Below, one piece after another: positions 28,629-39,640 of a DNA stretch of 64,000 nt; position 1 is the first letter of the stretch; every line of letters begins with the position of its first letter. The notes beneath the pieces are model-generated. The model was given only the letters and a program-made list of their open reading frames with translations. It ran no database searches and was not told where the DNA came from. This DNA comes from an uncultured bacterium. Its GTDB lineage: Bacteria > Zixibacteria > MSB-5A5 > CAIYYT01. The translations under genes were made by a program, and so were the position numbers. The stretch covers positions 864,001 through 928,000 of the forward strand of contig CAVSCK010000004.1 of the NCBI GenBank assembly GCA_963726455.1. The letters are read 5' to 3'.

Positions 28629-28653
28629 GGATTCCCGCCTTCGCGGGAATGAC
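28629..28653. repeat. ATTCCC-N8-GGGAAT palindrome (dRS3/CGTC-type REP-like)
   Basis: GGATTCCCGCCTTCGCGGGAATGAC. Confidence 0.65.
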
Positions 28654-28677
28654 AAGTTCAAGAAATGCTGAGAAAGA

Positions 28678-29049
28678 TCAGCGAACGTCGTCGCCGTTGT
28701 GGTTCGACATCAGACGTTCAAGTTCCATGAGCTCACGCTTGATCTGTTCCAACAGCCCTACCAGCTTGTCCTCACGGCGGACTTCGCCGACCGTCTCGGA
28801 GAGCTTCTGGCGGGCGCCCTCAATCGTGTAGCCCTCTTCATATAACAGATTCTTGATGCGATTGACAAGCGTAATTTCGCGTTTCTGATAAGTGCGATTG
28901 CCGCCGCGGTTCTTCTTGGGACGCAACTGCGGAAATTCCTTCTCCCAGAACCGCAGGACATACGGCTTGACATCCGTCATCTCTGCCACTTCAGAGATCG
29001 AGTAGTAAAGCTTCTCTTCACCGTTTTTCAAGGATCCACTCACTCTCAA
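28678..29049 (-). CDS. MerR-family HTH transcriptional regulator
   Basis: YYSISEVA..VLRFWEKEF..GNRTY..LLYEEGYTIEGAR; usual position next to tRNA-Pro(GGG). Confidence 0.9.
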   Translation of the reverse strand: MRVSGSLKNGEEKLYYSISEVAEMTDVKPYVLRFWEKEFPQLRPKKNRGGNRTYQKREITLVNRIKNLLYEEGYTIEGARQKLSETVGEVRREDKLVGLLEQIKRELMELERLMSNHNGDDVR

Positions 29050-29056
29050 GGCTTCC

Positions 29057-30061
29057 CTAAGCGTATACCTCTCTCTTCAGTTCACGTGTCATCAACTCGG
29101 ACAAGGCCTCCATCGGCGGCTTGTCCTCGAATAACACCTTATGCACCTGCTGGATAATCGGAATCTCGACCTGATGTTTCTCAGCCACCCGCACGGCGGC
29201 GCGCGTGGTCTCGACACCCTCGGCAACCATGGTCATGGACGCCAGAATGCCGGCCAGTTTCTCGCCGCGGCCGATTCGTTCGCCGACGAGTCGATTGCGG
29301 CTGTGCTGTGATATGCAGGTCGTAACCAGATCGCCCAGGCCGGACAGACCGGCAAACGTTTCGGGGCGAGCTCCCATTCTCACTCCTAAACGCGTGATCT
29401 CTGCCAGCCCCCTGGTCAAAAGTGCTCCCATGGTATTATCGCCGAGGCGCAGACCGTATAACATGCCGGCCGCCACGGCGATCGGATTCTTAAGGGCGCC
29501 GCCTAGCTCAACGCCCACCAAATCATCAGAACTATAAACACGAAATGTCGGGGTGGAAAGCAGATGCTGGACTTCAATCACGGCATCAGTTGAAGTTCCG
29601 GCGGCAACCACCGAGGTCGGAATCTGGCGAGCCACCTCTTCAGCGTGTGAAGGACCAGAAACCGCCATAATATTGCGGACCCGTTCGCCGAGAACTTCAT
29701 GCGCTACTTCCGAAACCCGGTGCAAGCTGCTGACCTCAATTCCCTTGGCCAGCCCGATCAAAATTTCAATCGCCCGATCGGTTTTGCGTAGTTGCTCGCA
29801 AAGGCCTCGCACGTGTTGCGCGGGCACCGCCGCAAACATGATGTCCGAATATCCGGCAGCATCATTCAAATTGTCAGTGAGTTCGATAGCGGGATGAATC
29901 TTGACGCCGGGCAGACGCGACTTGTCCTCGCGCGTAACCGGTAAATCCGCAGGAGTCGTGGGCGCATGCATCCAAAGCGCTACCTTATAATCCTGCGACG
30001 CGAGCAGGTTCGCTATTGCGATGCCCCAGCTTCCTGCACCTAAGACGGTAAGGTTTTTCAT
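29057..30061 (-). CDS. gpsA: NAD(P)H-dependent glycerol-3-phosphate dehydrogenase
   Basis: GAGSWG, SGPSHAEEV, GGALKN, GLGDLVTTC and SRNR. Confidence 0.95.
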   Translation of the reverse strand: MKNLTVLGAGSWGIAIANLLASQDYKVALWMHAPTTPADLPVTREDKSRLPGVKIHPAIELTDNLNDAAGYSDIMFAAVPAQHVRGLCEQLRKTDRAIEILIGLAKGIEVSSLHRVSEVAHEVLGERVRNIMAVSGPSHAEEVARQIPTSVVAAGTSTDAVIEVQHLLSTPTFRVYSSDDLVGVELGGALKNPIAVAAGMLYGLRLGDNTMGALLTRGLAEITRLGVRMGARPETFAGLSGLGDLVTTCISQHSRNRLVGERIGRGEKLAGILASMTMVAEGVETTRAAVRVAEKHQVEIPIIQQVHKVLFEDKPPMEALSELMTRELKREVYA

Positions 30062-30109
30062 CCTACTTGGACTAGATCCAGGTCCTTTATGTTTTCGACC
30101 GATAGTTAA

Positions 30110-30718
30110 TCAGTGGGACAGTTTGCGCTCTTCACCCTTGATCAACCTGCGTATGTTTGCCCGGTGGGTGAATAATACCAAAAGGGTGACGCCTATGCAA
30201 GCGGAAAGTAAAAGGGGTGAGACATTTTTTGCCATTAAGTACTTTTCAATTAGGACAATTACTGAAAGTGATACTCCAGCTATGATCGATCCCACGGAGA
30301 CGATGCGAGTTAGTACGAATCCGATCGCAAACACTCCGGCACAGATCGCGATCTCGGCAGGCAGTAGCACCGCGAACATCCCCAGCAAGGTGTTAACTCC
30401 CTTGCCACCTTTGAACCGCGTGAAGATCGGCAGAATGTGACCGATGACTGCCGCAAACCCACTCGCTATCTGCAACCATTGCACACCTGGGAAGAAGTAG
30501 CTTGCTCCAAGCACCGGCAAGACCCCCTTGGAGACATCAAGCGCCGACGCCAACACTGCTGCCACCGGCCCGGCCACCCGATAGACGTTCGTAGCGCCGG
30601 CATTTCCCGATCCGCGCGTACGTATGTCTACGCCCGAAAATACGTATCCGACGGTGACCGAGAAGGGTATGGATCCCAACAGGTAAGAAGCAATTATGTA
30701 CAGTATTATATTAAGCAT
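30110..30718 (-). CDS. plsY: Glycerol-3-phosphate acyltransferase
   Basis: YLLGSIP, GSGNAGATN, FKGGKGV and HRANIRRL. Confidence 0.95.
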   Translation of the reverse strand: MLNIILYIIASYLLGSIPFSVTVGYVFSGVDIRTRGSGNAGATNVYRVAGPVAAVLASALDVSKGVLPVLGASYFFPGVQWLQIASGFAAVIGHILPIFTRFKGGKGVNTLLGMFAVLLPAEIAICAGVFAIGFVLTRIVSVGSIIAGVSLSVIVLIEKYLMAKNVSPLLLSACIGVTLLVLFTHRANIRRLIKGEERKLSH

Positions 30719-30857
30719 CGTTCGTGTATTCTACGCGGTGAATCAAGATAGTGCCAGTGCCATGATCGTCAAGTGCCGCCGAGAAAGGACTCCTGACGGC
30801 GCGGTAAATCCCGGTATCAACTCGTGAGTCATCCTCTGAATTCTTAAAGGCACACAG

Positions 30858-31220
30858 CTATTTCCCCACGATCGCTTTCATCTTCTCCAGCAATCGGTCG
30901 AGTTCCTCCTTGTTGATCTTGCCGTCCCTGACATCGTCCTGAAGCTCCTTGGCAAACGCCTGCACTTCGGCCTGCTTGGCCTTATCATTGAGCGCCCCGG
31001 ATTTGATAGCATTCTTGAAATCACCAAAAGCTGCTTTAATGTCATCCGGCTGGTAACCTTCCGGCAGATCCTTGAGCACTATGTCTTGCAGCGTATCGAT
31101 CGAGCGCTCGATTACGGCCGTGCGCATACCCGGACAGAGTGAGAAGCTAAGGAATATGCCGCCGACGACCAGTACCAGTATGGCGCCTATAACCAAAAGA
31201 ATCTTACAACCCATGCCCAT
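30858..31220 (-). CDS. Hypothetical membrane-anchored protein
   Basis: AAGGAG RBS, N-terminal TM helix and helical soluble domain. Confidence 0.7.
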   Translation of the reverse strand: MGMGCKILLVIGAILVLVVGGIFLSFSLCPGMRTAVIERSIDTLQDIVLKDLPEGYQPDDIKAAFGDFKNAIKSGALNDKAKQAEVQAFAKELQDDVRDGKINKEELDRLLEKMKAIVGK

Positions 31221-31341
31221 TTTGTTCTATCTCCTTATCTCGAGTTCACCGAATTTCGATCTAAAGACTGCCAATCACTTGCCGCCAATCTACATTCCTG
31301 TTGATTGCTTGACAATCGACTTCTGCAAGCCAATTGCGAAC

Positions 31342-31372
31342 AAAAAAAAGAGGCGATGCAAACACCGCCTCT
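31342..31372 (-). terminator. Intrinsic terminator of the alpha operon
   Basis: AGAGGCGGTG-TTTG-CATCGCCTCT plus T-tract after rplQ. Confidence 0.85.
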
Positions 31373-31404
31373 CACTATCTACCAGTACAGGTATTCCTAT
31401 CGGA

Positions 31405-31971
31405 TCAGGACTTTTCCTTCTCGCCGCCGGTCGACTCAGTGTCTTCTTCGATTTCCTCGACCTCGGCTTCTTCCGCTTCCTTGGCCGCTTTCGCAGCTTT
31501 CGGCTTGGCAATTGCCTTCTTGGCGGGGGCCGCTTTGCTGCCGCCACGCTTCAGCTTGCCGGAGAGCTTCTTGAGACGGCTTTCCTTCTTCTCGACGGTT
31601 TCTTTCTCTTTCGGCTTCTCGATTAGAAGTTCGACCACCGATACCTCGGCGCTGTCGCCCTTGCGGAATCCAGCTTTTACCACACGGCTGAAACCAGACT
31701 TGCGGTCTGCCAGCTTGGGGATGATTTCCTGGAACAGCTTCTTGAGAGCTTCCTTGTCGCGAACCACACTGGCAACCTGACGCTTGCTGTGCAGCGAACC
31801 TTCCTTGGCGGTTGAGATCAGACGATCAACCAACGGACGGAGCGCCTTGGCTCTCGGAGTAGTGGTTGTGACCTTAGAGTGCAGGAACAGCGACGCAGCC
31901 ATATTGGCGAGCATCGCATCGCGATGGCTGGCAGTCCGACTCAGTTTTGGCGTTTTTCTCCCGTGTGGCAC
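31405..31971 (-). CDS. rplQ: 50S ribosomal protein L17 with charged C-terminal extension
   Basis: LSRTASHR, TTTPRAK and RKGDSAE. Confidence 0.95.
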   Translation of the reverse strand: MPHGRKTPKLSRTASHRDAMLANMAASLFLHSKVTTTTPRAKALRPLVDRLISTAKEGSLHSKRQVASVVRDKEALKKLFQEIIPKLADRKSGFSRVVKAGFRKGDSAEVSVVELLIEKPKEKETVEKKESRLKKLSGKLKRGGSKAAPAKKAIAKPKAAKAAKEAEEAEVEEIEEDTESTGGEKEKS

Positions 31972-31983
31972 AGCTATAGACTC

Positions 31984-32967
31984 CTAATTCTGCTCAACCA
32001 AATAGTACCTGGACACATCCATCCCCCAGGCCAGTCCCAGCTCTTCCAGGATCGCGGTCAATTCGGTCAGTGACTTGCGGCCGAAATTCCGATACTTGAG
32101 CATATCGGATTCGGAGCGCGAGACCAAATCTCTGAGGGTCTGAATATTGGCCGCTCGCAGGCAATTCGAGGAGCGGACAGACAATTCTAGTTCATCGACG
32201 CGAGTGTTGAGAAGATTGCGGACACGAATAGTCTCCTCATCTTCCTTCTTCTCCTCGATCGGTATGATTTCTTCATCCATGTGGATAAAAAAGCGCAGAT
32301 GATCTGCCAGCAACTTGGCGCTGTAACCCAGGGCTTCCTCAGGATTCATCGAACCGTCCGTCCAGACCTCAATGACCATGCGGTCGTAGTCGGTGCGCTG
32401 GCCCACACGCGTGTTGTCCACGGTGTAGTTGACCTTGGTCACAGGACTGAACAATGAATCGACCCAGATGGTGCCGACCGGACGGTCGGCGCGCTTGTTC
32501 TGGTCGGCCAATACGTAGCCTCTGCCGGTATCCACATCTATTTCAATAGTGAATTTCTTGTTCTCAGTGAGTTCGAGAATATGCAGATCGGAATTCAGGA
32601 GGATGATATCGCTGCCCGCATTAATCTGCCCGGCGGCGTACTTGCCCTTGCCGTCGACCGTCAAGGTCATCGTGCGGGGCTCATCGACGTGCATCTTGAT
32701 GCGCAGTTTCTTGAGATTCAGTACGATCTGCGTGACATCTTCAAACACACCTGGAATGGTCGAAAACTCATGCTGCACTCCCTCGATGCGCAACGATGTG
32801 ACCGCCGCACCTTGAATGGCAGAAAGGAGCACGCGACGCAGGGCATTGCCAATTGTGGTGCCAAAACCGCGTTCCAACGGCTCCAGAACGAACCGCGTAT
32901 AGCGTTCGCTGGCGGTGGACTCGTCCTTCACCACCTCTTTCGGGAGTACGAGATTCTTCCACTTCAT
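31984..32967 (-). CDS. rpoA: RNA polymerase alpha subunit
   Basis: EPLERGFGTTIGNALRR, LSVRSSNCL and NFGRKSL. Confidence 0.98.
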   Translation of the reverse strand: MKWKNLVLPKEVVKDESTASERYTRFVLEPLERGFGTTIGNALRRVLLSAIQGAAVTSLRIEGVQHEFSTIPGVFEDVTQIVLNLKKLRIKMHVDEPRTMTLTVDGKGKYAAGQINAGSDIILLNSDLHILELTENKKFTIEIDVDTGRGYVLADQNKRADRPVGTIWVDSLFSPVTKVNYTVDNTRVGQRTDYDRMVIEVWTDGSMNPEEALGYSAKLLADHLRFFIHMDEEIIPIEEKKEDEETIRVRNLLNTRVDELELSVRSSNCLRAANIQTLRDLVSRSESDMLKYRNFGRKSLTELTAILEELGLAWGMDVSRYYLVEQN

Positions 32968-32991
32968 ATTATTCTTGCTCCTCCTTGCAGA

Positions 32992-33621
32992 TTACTTGCT
33001 GTACAATTCCACGATCAACTGCTCAGCGACGTTGACGGGAATGTCGGCGCGCTTCGGATACTCGAGCAACTCGCCTTCCAGCGCGGCTTTGTTCAAACGC
33101 AGCCACGGTAAATCAGCTGAGCGCTCTGCATCCTTGAGAGCCATATGAATAATGTCCAGCTTGCGCGATTTGTCCTTCACTCTTACCACATCGTGCGGCT
33201 TCAACTGGAATGACGGTATATCCGTTATCTTTCCGTTTACCAGAAAATGCCGGTGCCGCACCAACTGCCTCGCAGACTTGCGCGACGGCGCAAATCCCAG
33301 GCGGTAAACAAAATTGTCCAGCCGCATCTCCAGCAGGCGAAGCAGATTCTCGCCGGTAATCCCCTTCTCCTGTTCGGCTTTCTCGAAATAGTTATGGAAC
33401 TGCTTTTCCAGGACGCCATAAATGCGGCGCACCTTCTGCTTCTCGCGAAGCTGCAGTCCATAGCCGGAAATTTTACGGCGCATACTCGCGCCATGCTGAC
33501 CCGGGGCAAAGGATCGACGCTCGAACGCGCACTTATCGGAAAAACAGCGGCTTCCTTTCAGAAACAGCTTCTCGCCTTCGCGCCGGCATAACTTGCAGTT
33601 TGGATCTCTATATCGTGCCAT
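32992..33621 (-). CDS. rpsD: 30S ribosomal protein S4
   Basis: [18 protein letters not shown] and IVELYSK. Confidence 0.98.
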   Translation of the reverse strand: MARYRDPNCKLCRREGEKLFLKGSRCFSDKCAFERRSFAPGQHGASMRRKISGYGLQLREKQKVRRIYGVLEKQFHNYFEKAEQEKGITGENLLRLLEMRLDNFVYRLGFAPSRKSARQLVRHRHFLVNGKITDIPSFQLKPHDVVRVKDKSRKLDIIHMALKDAERSADLPWLRLNKAALEGELLEYPKRADIPVNVAEQLIVELYSK

Positions 33622-33638
33622 TACTTCTCCCGTCCATC

Positions 33639-34034
33639 CTATACTCTACGGCGTTTCGGCGGCCGACAGCCGTTGTGCGGAATCGGGGTCACGTCTTTGA
33701 TCGCCGTGATTTCGAGTCCCGCCGCCTGCAACGAACGAATCGCTGCTTCGCGTCCGGAACCCGGGCCCTTAACCCAGACTTCGACTCTGCGCAATCCCTG
33801 ATCGATCGCTTCTTTCGCGGAAGCGGTTGCCGCCAACTGTGCGGCGAACGGTGTCGACTTCTTCGAGCCCTTGAATCCCGACTTCCCCGCCGTCGACCAA
33901 CTGATCACTCCGCCCGTCGAATCAGTAATTGAAACGATCGTATTGTTAAAGGTCGCCTTGATATGCACCACGCCGGTGGAATCAATGCGTCTTACTTTCT
34001 TTTTGCCTTTCTTCTTCTTATTCGGCTCAGCCAA
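33639..34034 (-). CDS. rpsK: 30S ribosomal protein S11
   Basis: ATFNNTI and [12 protein letters not shown]. Confidence 0.98.
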   Translation of the reverse strand: MAEPNKKKKGKKKVRRIDSTGVVHIKATFNNTIVSITDSTGGVISWSTAGKSGFKGSKKSTPFAAQLAATASAKEAIDQGLRRVEVWVKGPGSGREAAIRSLQAAGLEITAIKDVTPIPHNGCRPPKRRRV

Positions 34035-34072
34035 TGCAAACTCCTGTATATGCTAAAAACATTATTTCGAAA

Positions 34073-34456
34073 CTATTTCGGCGACGGCGCTTTCTTCTTG
34101 CCGATCACGGTCTTCTTCGGACCCTTGCGGGTGCGTGAATTGGTCTTCGTACGTTGGCCGCGAACCGGCAGGCCACGACGGTGGCGCAGGCCGCGGTAGC
34201 AACCGATATCAATCAGCCGCTTGATGTTCATCGAGATTTCACTGCGCAGAACACCTTCCACACGGTATTCGTTTTCGATCACTGCACGCAATTTGGCAAT
34301 GACGTCTTCAGTCATTTTATGAACACGCAAGCTCGGTTCAACGCCGGTCTTGCGGAGAATCTCACGTGACGAGGCGGGGCCAATGCCATAGATATACCTG
34401 AGGGCCACATCAATGCGTTTATCACGCGGTAAATCAACGCCAGCTATACGAGCCAA
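34073..34456 (-). CDS. rpsM: 30S ribosomal protein S13
   Basis: ARIAGVDLP and [12 protein letters not shown]. Confidence 0.98.
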   Translation of the reverse strand: MARIAGVDLPRDKRIDVALRYIYGIGPASSREILRKTGVEPSLRVHKMTEDVIAKLRAVIENEYRVEGVLRSEISMNIKRLIDIGCYRGLRHRRGLPVRGQRTKTNSRTRKGPKKTVIGKKKAPSPK

Positions 34457-34472
34457 ATCAACCTCCTAAGGC

Positions 34473-34586
34473 CTATCCCTGCCGCTGCTTGTGGCGCGGG
34501 TTTTTGCAGATCACCCGTACGACACCGTGGCGGCGAATTATCTTGCAGTGCTCACAGCGCACCTTGATGGAAGAGCGCACTTTCAT
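34473..34586 (-). CDS. rpmJ: 50S ribosomal protein L36 (Zn-binding)
   Basis: Manual translation [37 protein letters not shown]. Confidence 0.97.
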   Translation of the reverse strand: MKVRSSIKVRCEHCKIIRRHGVVRVICKNPRHKQRQG

Positions 34587-34611
34587 ATTGTCTCCAATCC
34601 ACAATCAATCG

Positions 34612-34830
34612 CTATTTGTAGCGATAGATAATTCTTCCTTTCGTCAGATCGTATGGTGACAACTCCAACGTGACCTTGTCGCCCGGAAGAATCTTGATAA
34701 AGTGCATGCGCATCTTGCCGGAGATGTGCGCCAGGACCTTGTGGCCGTTGTCAAGTTCGACCCGGAACATAGCATTTGGCAATGGCTCAATCACTTTACC
34801 TTCTACTTTGATCGTCGCTTCTTTGGTCAT
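34612..34830 (-). CDS. infA: Translation initiation factor IF-1
   Basis: [18 protein letters not shown] and [10 protein letters not shown]. Confidence 0.98.
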   Translation of the reverse strand: MTKEATIKVEGKVIEPLPNAMFRVELDNGHKVLAHISGKMRMHFIKILPGDKVTLELSPYDLTKGRIIYRYK

Positions 34831-34835
34831 TTCTA

Positions 34836-35582
34836 TCAGTTAACCGTCAAAACCACCACACCTTTTTCGGTGATGGCGATTGTGTTCTCCCAGTGAGCCG
34901 AGAGTTTGCGGTCGGCGGTCACTATCGTCCAGCCGTCCTCGAGTGTCTCGGTTTCGAAGGTTCCCGAATTTATCATCGGTTCGATGGCCAACACCATACC
35001 CGGCTGCAACACCGGGCCGTTACCGGCCACGCCGTAATTCGGAACCTGTGGTTCCTCGTGCATATTGCGTCCAATACCGTGTCCGACCAGGTCACGCACG
35101 ACCGAGAAACCGTTCTTTTCGGCGTGTTTCTGGATCGCAGCGGAAATATCGGACAACCTGCCATTCGGTTTGGCCGCGGCAATTCCGCGTTCGAGAGATT
35201 CTCTCACGACTTTGGTAATCTTCTTCTTCTCCTCGCTGACGTTGCCGACCAAAAAGGTCCGCGCCGCGTCGCCATGAAAACCGTTCTTGTAAACGCCGAT
35301 ATCGACGGATACCAAATCGCCGTCAGCGACCTTGCGCTTGCCGGGGATGCCATGCACGATCACTTCGTTGATCGAGATGCACGTCGATGCCGGGTAACCA
35401 CGATATCCGAGAAATGACGGCTCACCGCCCTCGCCCTTGATGAGATCGAACACTTGCCGGTCAATTTCGCGGGTTTCGATACCCGGTTCAATCATCTTTT
35501 CCACCATCTGCAACGCTCTGGCGACTATCCGACACGATTCGCCAATCTTCTCGAGCTCTGCCTTAGACTTTAGCTCGATCAT
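34836..35582 (-). CDS. map: Methionine aminopeptidase type I
   Basis: [29 protein letters not shown] and SAHWENT. Confidence 0.96.
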   Translation of the reverse strand: MIELKSKAELEKIGESCRIVARALQMVEKMIEPGIETREIDRQVFDLIKGEGGEPSFLGYRGYPASTCISINEVIVHGIPGKRKVADGDLVSVDIGVYKNGFHGDAARTFLVGNVSEEKKKITKVVRESLERGIAAAKPNGRLSDISAAIQKHAEKNGFSVVRDLVGHGIGRNMHEEPQVPNYGVAGNGPVLQPGMVLAIEPMINSGTFETETLEDGWTIVTADRKLSAHWENTIAITEKGVVVLTVN

Positions 35583-36237
35583 TAGTTTCAAAAGAACCGA
35601 GGGATTCTAAAATCCTCGTCAAGACCTGATCGGCGGCGCCGTCGCCGTCAATCTGCAACAACAAACCCATACGGCTGTAATACTCTTCCAACGGCCGGGT
35701 CTGTTGGTGATACACGGTCAGTCTATTTCTCACGACCGCCTCCGAATCGTCGCTACGTCGGATCAGCGGCGAATCGTCGCGGTCACAAAAACCCGCACGT
35801 TTCGGCGGATTTGAAATGTCGTTATAGATCGTTCCACACACTCCGCAACTTGATCTGGCCGTCAGACGACGTATGATTGCTTCATTGTCCACGGCGAGAT
35901 TAACGACACGATCTATCGGGAATCCGACTGCTGCCATCAACTGATTCAGGCCTTCGGCCTGCGGCAGCGTACGCGGGAAACCATCAAAGATGAAACCCGC
36001 TCTCATGCCGTCGGTACCCAGCTTCTCTTTGATCGTGTCCAGAATCAGACTGTCTGGAACGAGCTTACCGGCATCCATGAACTCTTTGGCTTTGGTGCCC
36101 AGCGCCGTTCCCCGACGGACTTCGTCACGCAAAATGTCGCCCGTCGAGAGGTGCACCAGCCCGAGGCGTTCAGCAAGCAGCTTTGCTTGCGTACCTTTGC
36201 CGGAGCCGGGGGCACCGAGCAGAATAAGCCGTTTCAC
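35563..36237 (-). CDS. adk: Adenylate kinase
   Basis: GAPGSGKGT, STGDILR, DGFPR and Zn-type LID. Confidence 0.97.
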   Translation of the reverse strand: MKRLILLGAPGSGKGTQAKLLAERLGLVHLSTGDILRDEVRRGTALGTKAKEFMDAGKLVPDSLILDTIKEKLGTDGMRAGFIFDGFPRTLPQAEGLNQLMAAVGFPIDRVVNLAVDNEAIIRRLTARSSCGVCGTIYNDISNPPKRAGFCDRDDSPLIRRSDDSEAVVRNRLTVYHQQTRPLEEYYSRMGLLLQIDGDGAADQVLTRILESLGSFETNDRAKV

Positions 36238-37550
36238 AGAGCCGATCTTCCCTTAATCCTCCCTCGCTTCATGAAGCCCTCGTAGTGCCTCATGAGCAGA
36301 TGCGATTCAACTTGTTGAAGCGTATCGAGCGCCACACCGACGACAATCAGAATTCCTGTGCCGCCGAAGTAATAGTTCACCCCGGCCTGTTTGATCAGGA
36401 AATAGGGTAGTACGGCGATTGCCGCAAAAAAGATTGCGCCCGGAAGGGTTATGCGCGTGAGTACTCTATCAATGTATTCGGCCGTCTTTTGTCCCGGACG
36501 TATTCCGGGAATAAACGCGCCTTGCTTTTTCATGTTGTCCGCCATGTCCATTGGATTCACGACAATGGCGGTATAGAAGAACGCGAAGAAGATGATAATG
36601 ATCGCGTAGACTACACTATATGTGATTGCACCCGGTGTCAGATAACTGACGAAATTCTGGACGAAGTCCGATTGCGGGAAGAGCGTCAACAGAGTGGAGG
36701 GCGCAAACATGATCGACTGCGCAAAGATAATCGGAATAACACCGGCGGTGTTCACCGACAAAGGCAGGTGCGTAGTCACACCACCCATCACTCGCCGCCC
36801 GACAATACGTTTGGCATGCTGAACCGGAATCTTCCGCTGGGCTCTGGTGACAACGATAACTGCCGCAATCACCCCAACCATGATAGCGATCAGAAACAAC
36901 TCGGTGAAGACCGAACGGGTGCCGGCGCTCAAAGCCGTGTACTCGTCGATCACGGCAGCCGGGAAGTAGGCAATAATTCCTATGAAGATGATCAGCGAAA
37001 TACCGTTGCCGATACCTCGCTCGGTGATCTGCTCGCCCAGCCACATAATGAAAATCGTGCCGGCCGTAAAAGTGATCATGCACAGCAGTTCAAAACCGAA
37101 ACCCGGATTGATTACCACCGACAGGCCCGGTTCCGGCTGCAGCGACTGCAACCACACAGCCACACCAAACGATTGCATCAGCGAAATCAGTACGGTGCCG
37201 TAACGGGTATATTGGGTGATCTTGCGACGTCCCTCTTCGCCTTCTTTGGCCAGCTTTTGGAAATATGGAAAAATCGGCGTCAACAACTGAATGATAATCG
37301 AAGCCGAGATATAGGGCATGATGCCCAAAGAGAAGACGGTGGCTTTCTTGAAGGCGCCACCGACGAACATGTCGAACATACCAAAGAGTGTTCCGCCCTG
37401 GTTGGCAAAGAATCTTCCCAGCAGCGTAGCGTCAATACCGGGTGCGGGAATATGACCGCCAATCCGGTAGACAACGAGCAAGGCCAGAGTAAAGAGAATC
37501 CTCTGCCTCAGCTCTTTGACTCTGAAGATGTTTTGGATTTTCTCTATCAC
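36234..37550 (-). CDS. secY: Preprotein translocase subunit SecY
   Basis: LGIMPYISASII, GIGNGISLIIF and FIPGIRPG. Confidence 0.98.
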   Translation of the reverse strand: MIEKIQNIFRVKELRQRILFTLALLVVYRIGGHIPAPGIDATLLGRFFANQGGTLFGMFDMFVGGAFKKATVFSLGIMPYISASIIIQLLTPIFPYFQKLAKEGEEGRRKITQYTRYGTVLISLMQSFGVAVWLQSLQPEPGLSVVINPGFGFELLCMITFTAGTIFIMWLGEQITERGIGNGISLIIFIGIIAYFPAAVIDEYTALSAGTRSVFTELFLIAIMVGVIAAVIVVTRAQRKIPVQHAKRIVGRRVMGGVTTHLPLSVNTAGVIPIIFAQSIMFAPSTLLTLFPQSDFVQNFVSYLTPGAITYSVVYAIIIIFFAFFYTAIVVNPMDMADNMKKQGAFIPGIRPGQKTAEYIDRVLTRITLPGAIFFAAIAVLPYFLIKQAGVNYYFGGTGILIVVGVALDTLQQVESHLLMRHYEGFMKRGRIKGRSAL

Positions 37551-37993
37551 GACAGGATCTCCACCTTGCCGCCGGCGGCGGTGATTTTTTCCAAGGCAGT
37601 TTTAGATGCGGCATGCACCTTGAGGGTCAAACCAACTTTCAACTCGCCGGTACCCAATACTTTGACCGGCAGATTAATTGACTTGATAAGTTTCTGCTGT
37701 CTCAAGTCGCCCGGAGTCACTTCGGCAGGCGACGTGAACTTGCGAGCCAGGTCTTCGAGATTCACGACCTGGTACTCAATCCGGTCGATCGGACGGAAAC
37801 CGCGCTTCGGAACCCGCCGAACCAAAGGCATCTGTCCGCCTTCATGCCAGGCTTTGTACTTGAAACCCGCACGGGCTCTCGCGCCCTTGCCGCCGCGCGT
37901 CGAATATCTACCATGACCCGATCCGGGGCCGCGACCGATACGCTTACGATTCTTGGTCGAGCCGGCCGGCTTTTGGAGATTGTCCAATTTCAT
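37547..37993 (-). CDS. rplO: 50S ribosomal protein L15
   Basis: RIGRGPGSG and EGGQMPL. Confidence 0.97.
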   Translation of the reverse strand: MKLDNLQKPAGSTKNRKRIGRGPGSGHGRYSTRGGKGARARAGFKYKAWHEGGQMPLVRRVPKRGFRPIDRIEYQVVNLEDLARKFTSPAEVTPGDLRQQKLIKSINLPVKVLGTGELKVGLTLKVHAASKTALEKITAAGGKVEILS

Positions 37994-38178
37994 GCTTTTA
38001 CTTCCTCCACCACAACCATGAATCTCACGGCTTTGATCATGCCGCGAATCTGCGGAGTATCATTGTGGACGACGGTATGTCTGATCCGTTTCAGACCGAG
38101 CGCCCGAATAGTATCACGGTGCGCTTCAATCCGACCGGACAGTCCCTTGACCTGCGTTATCTTCAGCTTCTTAGCCAT
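37990..38178 (-). CDS. rpmD: 50S ribosomal protein L30
   Basis: [19 protein letters not shown]; spc operon position. Confidence 0.95.
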   Translation of the reverse strand: MAKKLKITQVKGLSGRIEAHRDTIRALGLKRIRHTVVHNDTPQIRGMIKAVRFMVVVEEVKA

Positions 38179-38674
38179 TGCTTGATCCCGTCTCGATTTC
38201 GCGATAGGTCAATTGCTCGTTCTTGGTCCGCAAACGGTTGAGGCCGTCCATCGTGGCTTTAACCACGTTGTGTGGACTGGTCGAGCCGAGCGACTTGGTC
38301 AGCACATCCTGAATGCCTGCGGCTTCTAGGACCGCACGCACAGCGCCACCGGCGATCACACCGGTACCGGCGGAGGCCGGCTTCAGCAGAACTCTGGCCG
38401 CGCCAAAACGGCCCAGCACTTCGTGAGGAATCGTTCCGCCATGAAGTGAAATCTTGACCATCTCTTTGCGAGCCGATTCGGTGCCCTTGCGGATTGCGTC
38501 GACGACTTCCGAGGCCTTGCCGAGTCCAATCCCGACCGAACCCTGCTTGTCACCAACGCTGACGATGGCGGTAAAGGAGAATCTCCGTCCGCCCTTGATC
38601 ACCTTGGCCACCCTGCTGATATGTATTACCCGTTCCTCGAATTCGAGGTTATCCATCACTTCATAGCGTGCCAA
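38171..38674 (-). CDS. rpsE: 30S ribosomal protein S5
   Basis: [11 protein letters not shown] and GTGVIAGG. Confidence 0.98.
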   Translation of the reverse strand: MARYEVMDNLEFEERVIHISRVAKVIKGGRRFSFTAIVSVGDKQGSVGIGLGKASEVVDAIRKGTESARKEMVKISLHGGTIPHEVLGRFGAARVLLKPASAGTGVIAGGAVRAVLEAAGIQDVLTKSLGSTSPHNVVKATMDGLNRLRTKNEQLTYREIETGSSNG

Positions 38675-38696
38675 AACTTATTCCTCAACGGTTAAC

Positions 38697-39071
38697 TTAG
38701 AATTTCAAACCTGCTTTACGGGCGCCCTCAGCCACCAGTTTTACGCGACCGTGATATTGATAACGGTTGCGATCAAAAACTACCGCCTGAATTCCCTTAG
38801 CCAGCGCCTTCTTTGCCACACCGGTGCCGACCAATAACGAGAGATCGGACTTCTTCTTGGCGGTCTTGGCCTGCTCAACCATATCCTTATCAATGGAAGA
38901 ACAAGATACCAGAGTCTGCCCGGATACGTCGTCGACAATCTGCGCATACATGTTGCGCAACGATCTGAACACACAGAGGCGCGGCTTCGTAGGCGTGCCG
39001 GTGACTTTCTTGCGCACGCGACGCTTGCGACGTTCCTGCTTGAATAATTTTATCAGTTGACGATCAGCCAT
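38697..39071 (-). CDS. rplR: 50S ribosomal protein L18
   Basis: PRLCVFRS and VVFDR..YHGRV. Confidence 0.97.
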   Translation of the reverse strand: MADRQLIKLFKQERRKRRVRKKVTGTPTKPRLCVFRSLRNMYAQIVDDVSGQTLVSCSSIDKDMVEQAKTAKKKSDLSLLVGTGVAKKALAKGIQAVVFDRNRYQYHGRVKLVAEGARKAGLKF

Positions 39072-39083
39072 TTCTATGCTCCA

Positions 39084-39623
39084 TTACGCCGCGGTCTTGC
39101 CGGCTTTCTTGCGAACGACCTCGCCTTTATAACGAATGCCTTTGCCCTTGTATGGCTCCGGCGGACGGAATGACCTGATCTTGGCAGCCATCATTCCCAC
39201 GATTTCCTTGTCAATGCCCACCACACGCAAATGCGTCTGGTCGTCCAGGACAATCTGAATGCCCGGAGTCTGCCGCACCAATATCGAGTGCGAATAACCC
39301 ACGAGCAGCTTCAGATGCTTGCCGGCGATCAGTTCCGCGCGATAGCCCACGCCCTGAATTTCGAGCGCCTTCTCAAAGCCATCACTGACGCCCTTTACCA
39401 TGTTGAAAATCAACTGGCGCGTCAGTCCATGCAGCGACTTATGAAAACGGCTGTCGCCCGGACGCGTAACGGTGAGCGTCTTGTTATCAAGATTCAGAGT
39501 CATCGACGGATGGAACGTCTTCGCCAGAGTCCCCTTGGGGCCGGTGACTGTAACGTCGTGTCCCTTGATGTCAATCTTGACCTTGTCCGGGATCACTACG
39601 GGCGCTTTACCTATTCTCGACAT
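39084..39623 (-). CDS. rplF: 50S ribosomal protein L6
   Basis: MSRIGK and PEPYKGKGIRY. Confidence 0.98.
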   Translation of the reverse strand: MSRIGKAPVVIPDKVKIDIKGHDVTVTGPKGTLAKTFHPSMTLNLDNKTLTVTRPGDSRFHKSLHGLTRQLIFNMVKGVSDGFEKALEIQGVGYRAELIAGKHLKLLVGYSHSILVRQTPGIQIVLDDQTHLRVVGIDKEIVGMMAAKIRSFRPPEPYKGKGIRYKGEVVRKKAGKTAA

Positions 39624-39640
39624 ATTCTACCTCGACCGCC

